Below, piece by piece: positions 62,401-64,000 of a stretch of DNA of 64,000 nt. The number at the start of each line of letters is the position of its first letter. Positions within the stretch are counted from its first letter, which is position 1. A program made the position numbers and the translations under genes. This DNA is from Dicyema japonicum (lineage: Eukaryota; Animalia; Dicyemida): the NCBI GenBank assembly GCA_011109175.1, contig RDEW01000016.1, positions 236,049 to 300,048 of the forward strand, read 5' to 3'. The notes under the pieces are model-generated. The model did not search any database, was not told the DNA's origin, and saw nothing but the letters and a program-made list of their open reading frames with translations.

Positions 62401-63779
62401 CTTTGCATCATTCATAATAATGTTGTAATGAATTCAAAATGTGAAAGTCAACATCCAAATACTATTTCGTAAGTTTATGAAGAGAAAATATTATCATTTG
62501 AAGCAACACACGGGCATGCGTAAAACAGATTTAGACTGAGAACAATAGATGAAATTGTAGAAAACTTATACTTCCAGTGACCTTTCTCGAGTTCATCAAT
62601 TTTTTTTGTAATGCCAAGTAGGAACTAAATGGAAAAGTTTTGAAAAAGGTTATAAAAATAAATTAAATATCATATTTTTGCTAAAAATACATTTTTATGA
62701 TAAAAATTGAAAACCGATCGTTATAAGTACCGAAAAATCAAATAGTGGAGAGTTGTCCATATTTATAGGTTACCAAAATACACATACAAGACATTTTGAT
62801 AACATCCTTCGACACTATTTGATAATCCAATAATAAATATACTATTGAAGAATAAAATACGAAAATATAACAACAAAAATCAGGATGAAATAGAGAAAAG
62901 ATAAACCAACCACAACAACTATTTAACCATGTGTTAAACATATATTAATGTATTGAAAGGTCACCATATTGTAAATAACAATTTTATAAATATTAAATTA
63001 ATTTAAAGTCAAAATTCGACGATAATCAATTAATCTATTATTATGCAGCCTACCTCTCATGTGAGCTCTGATCGCAGAAGCAAATAAAATGCTGATATTT
63101 CATTATATGCAGTTAATATACTATGCCTCCATTTTTTTCATTATATTTGTGGAGATTGTTGTACCTGAAAGGTAAATGGACTTGAGTGCTTTCGGAATTT
63201 TGGACATTGGTCGGTTATTAAACACGTTTCAATAACTGGCGGAAAGATTCATGAGGAAGATTACAACTTGGAAGATTGAAACATGTTGCTCAAATTCTAT
63301 TTTAAAGTCAATCACAAAGACCATATAAGGTCATCCGTACTCTCATTTGCCAATAAATCCAAAAAGTAACCAGAATCAACATATTTTACCGAGAAATGAC
63401 GTAATAAAAGTATTGAAATAAATTGTAATCACTTTCACTGAGTCTGACGGGGTTCCCATTATTTTACTGAAAGAAATCTCGGAGTATTAGCTTTCACCGA
63501 CAAAACAAGGCCATTCAACATATCAGTAACAAATTCAGTTATACGTAAACAACCTTACATACGACCAATCCTGAAACATGGAAGACTGAAGAACAATCCA
63601 TCCTCAGACGCCCAAGGCATACTCACTCGCAGGAGTAATGTGTAATCGAACGTTGATTATAAAAAAAAGCTGTTATTAAAGAAAATCTACAGTAACTCTT
63701 TACTCCTCGTAACTCTTGAATAACGTTAACTAAAATTAGACTAAACTAACATATCCTTCTTTTTTATGATTGTCTTCAC

Positions 63780-64000
63780 CGGCCATCTACATGACTTCCA
63801 CTTCCTCTTCGGACTGAGGGTCCGCCGATTCGCCAAAATAATGAGTTGTCCGCTCTTCCAGTCGCCTCGACACGTAAAGGATTTCGTTAATTAGTGATCC
63901 CGTTCCATGTCAAAACCACAGAAATAATTATCACAGGAGCATCGTATAGCGACCTCAATTCTCCAGCGAGCAAGTCATATTTGTGTAGCTTTTCCACCTC
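63780..64000 (-). mobile_element. LINE 3' region, decayed
   Basis: Minus strand has cgggatcactaatt and cgtgtcgaggcgactggaagagc resembling the LINE 3' ends. Confidence 0.45.

Noticed and set aside
62700-63700. Minus-strand membrane-protein gene
   Set aside because: Coding-like patches, but no consistent spliced ORF or recognisable family.

Overview
AT-rich animal nuclear DNA with extremely short GT-AG introns (mostly 20-27 nt), which break most genes into fragments in the ORF track. Tiny introns plus a rhodopsin-class GPCR and cilium genes suggest a reduced parasitic metazoan such as a dicyemid (inference only). Host genes: a hidden small secreted repeat peptide (2933-3252), a C2H2 zinc-finger gene, a PIGO/PIGG-like GPI ethanolamine-phosphate transferase, thymidylate kinase, an intronless peptide-type GPCR, BBS4 and CC2D2A. 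Much of the rest is transposon-derived: Ingi/Vingi-like APE-RT LINEs (one with a 2A/StopGo motif), CRE-, RTE- and R4-like non-LTR elements, two tRNA-derived SINE families, and Tigger/pogo, Buster/hAT, MULE and Ginger-type DNA transposons, often nested with readable target-site duplications (TSDs). The strongest unexplained signal is an approximately 5-fold excess of the palindrome CACGTG across coding, intergenic and transposon DNA. Also notable are a complete Ginger element carrying host-sized micro-introns and two divergent RTEs inserted at nearly the same point in CRE 3' tails. All calls were made by eye without database searches; boundaries of decayed elements are approximate.
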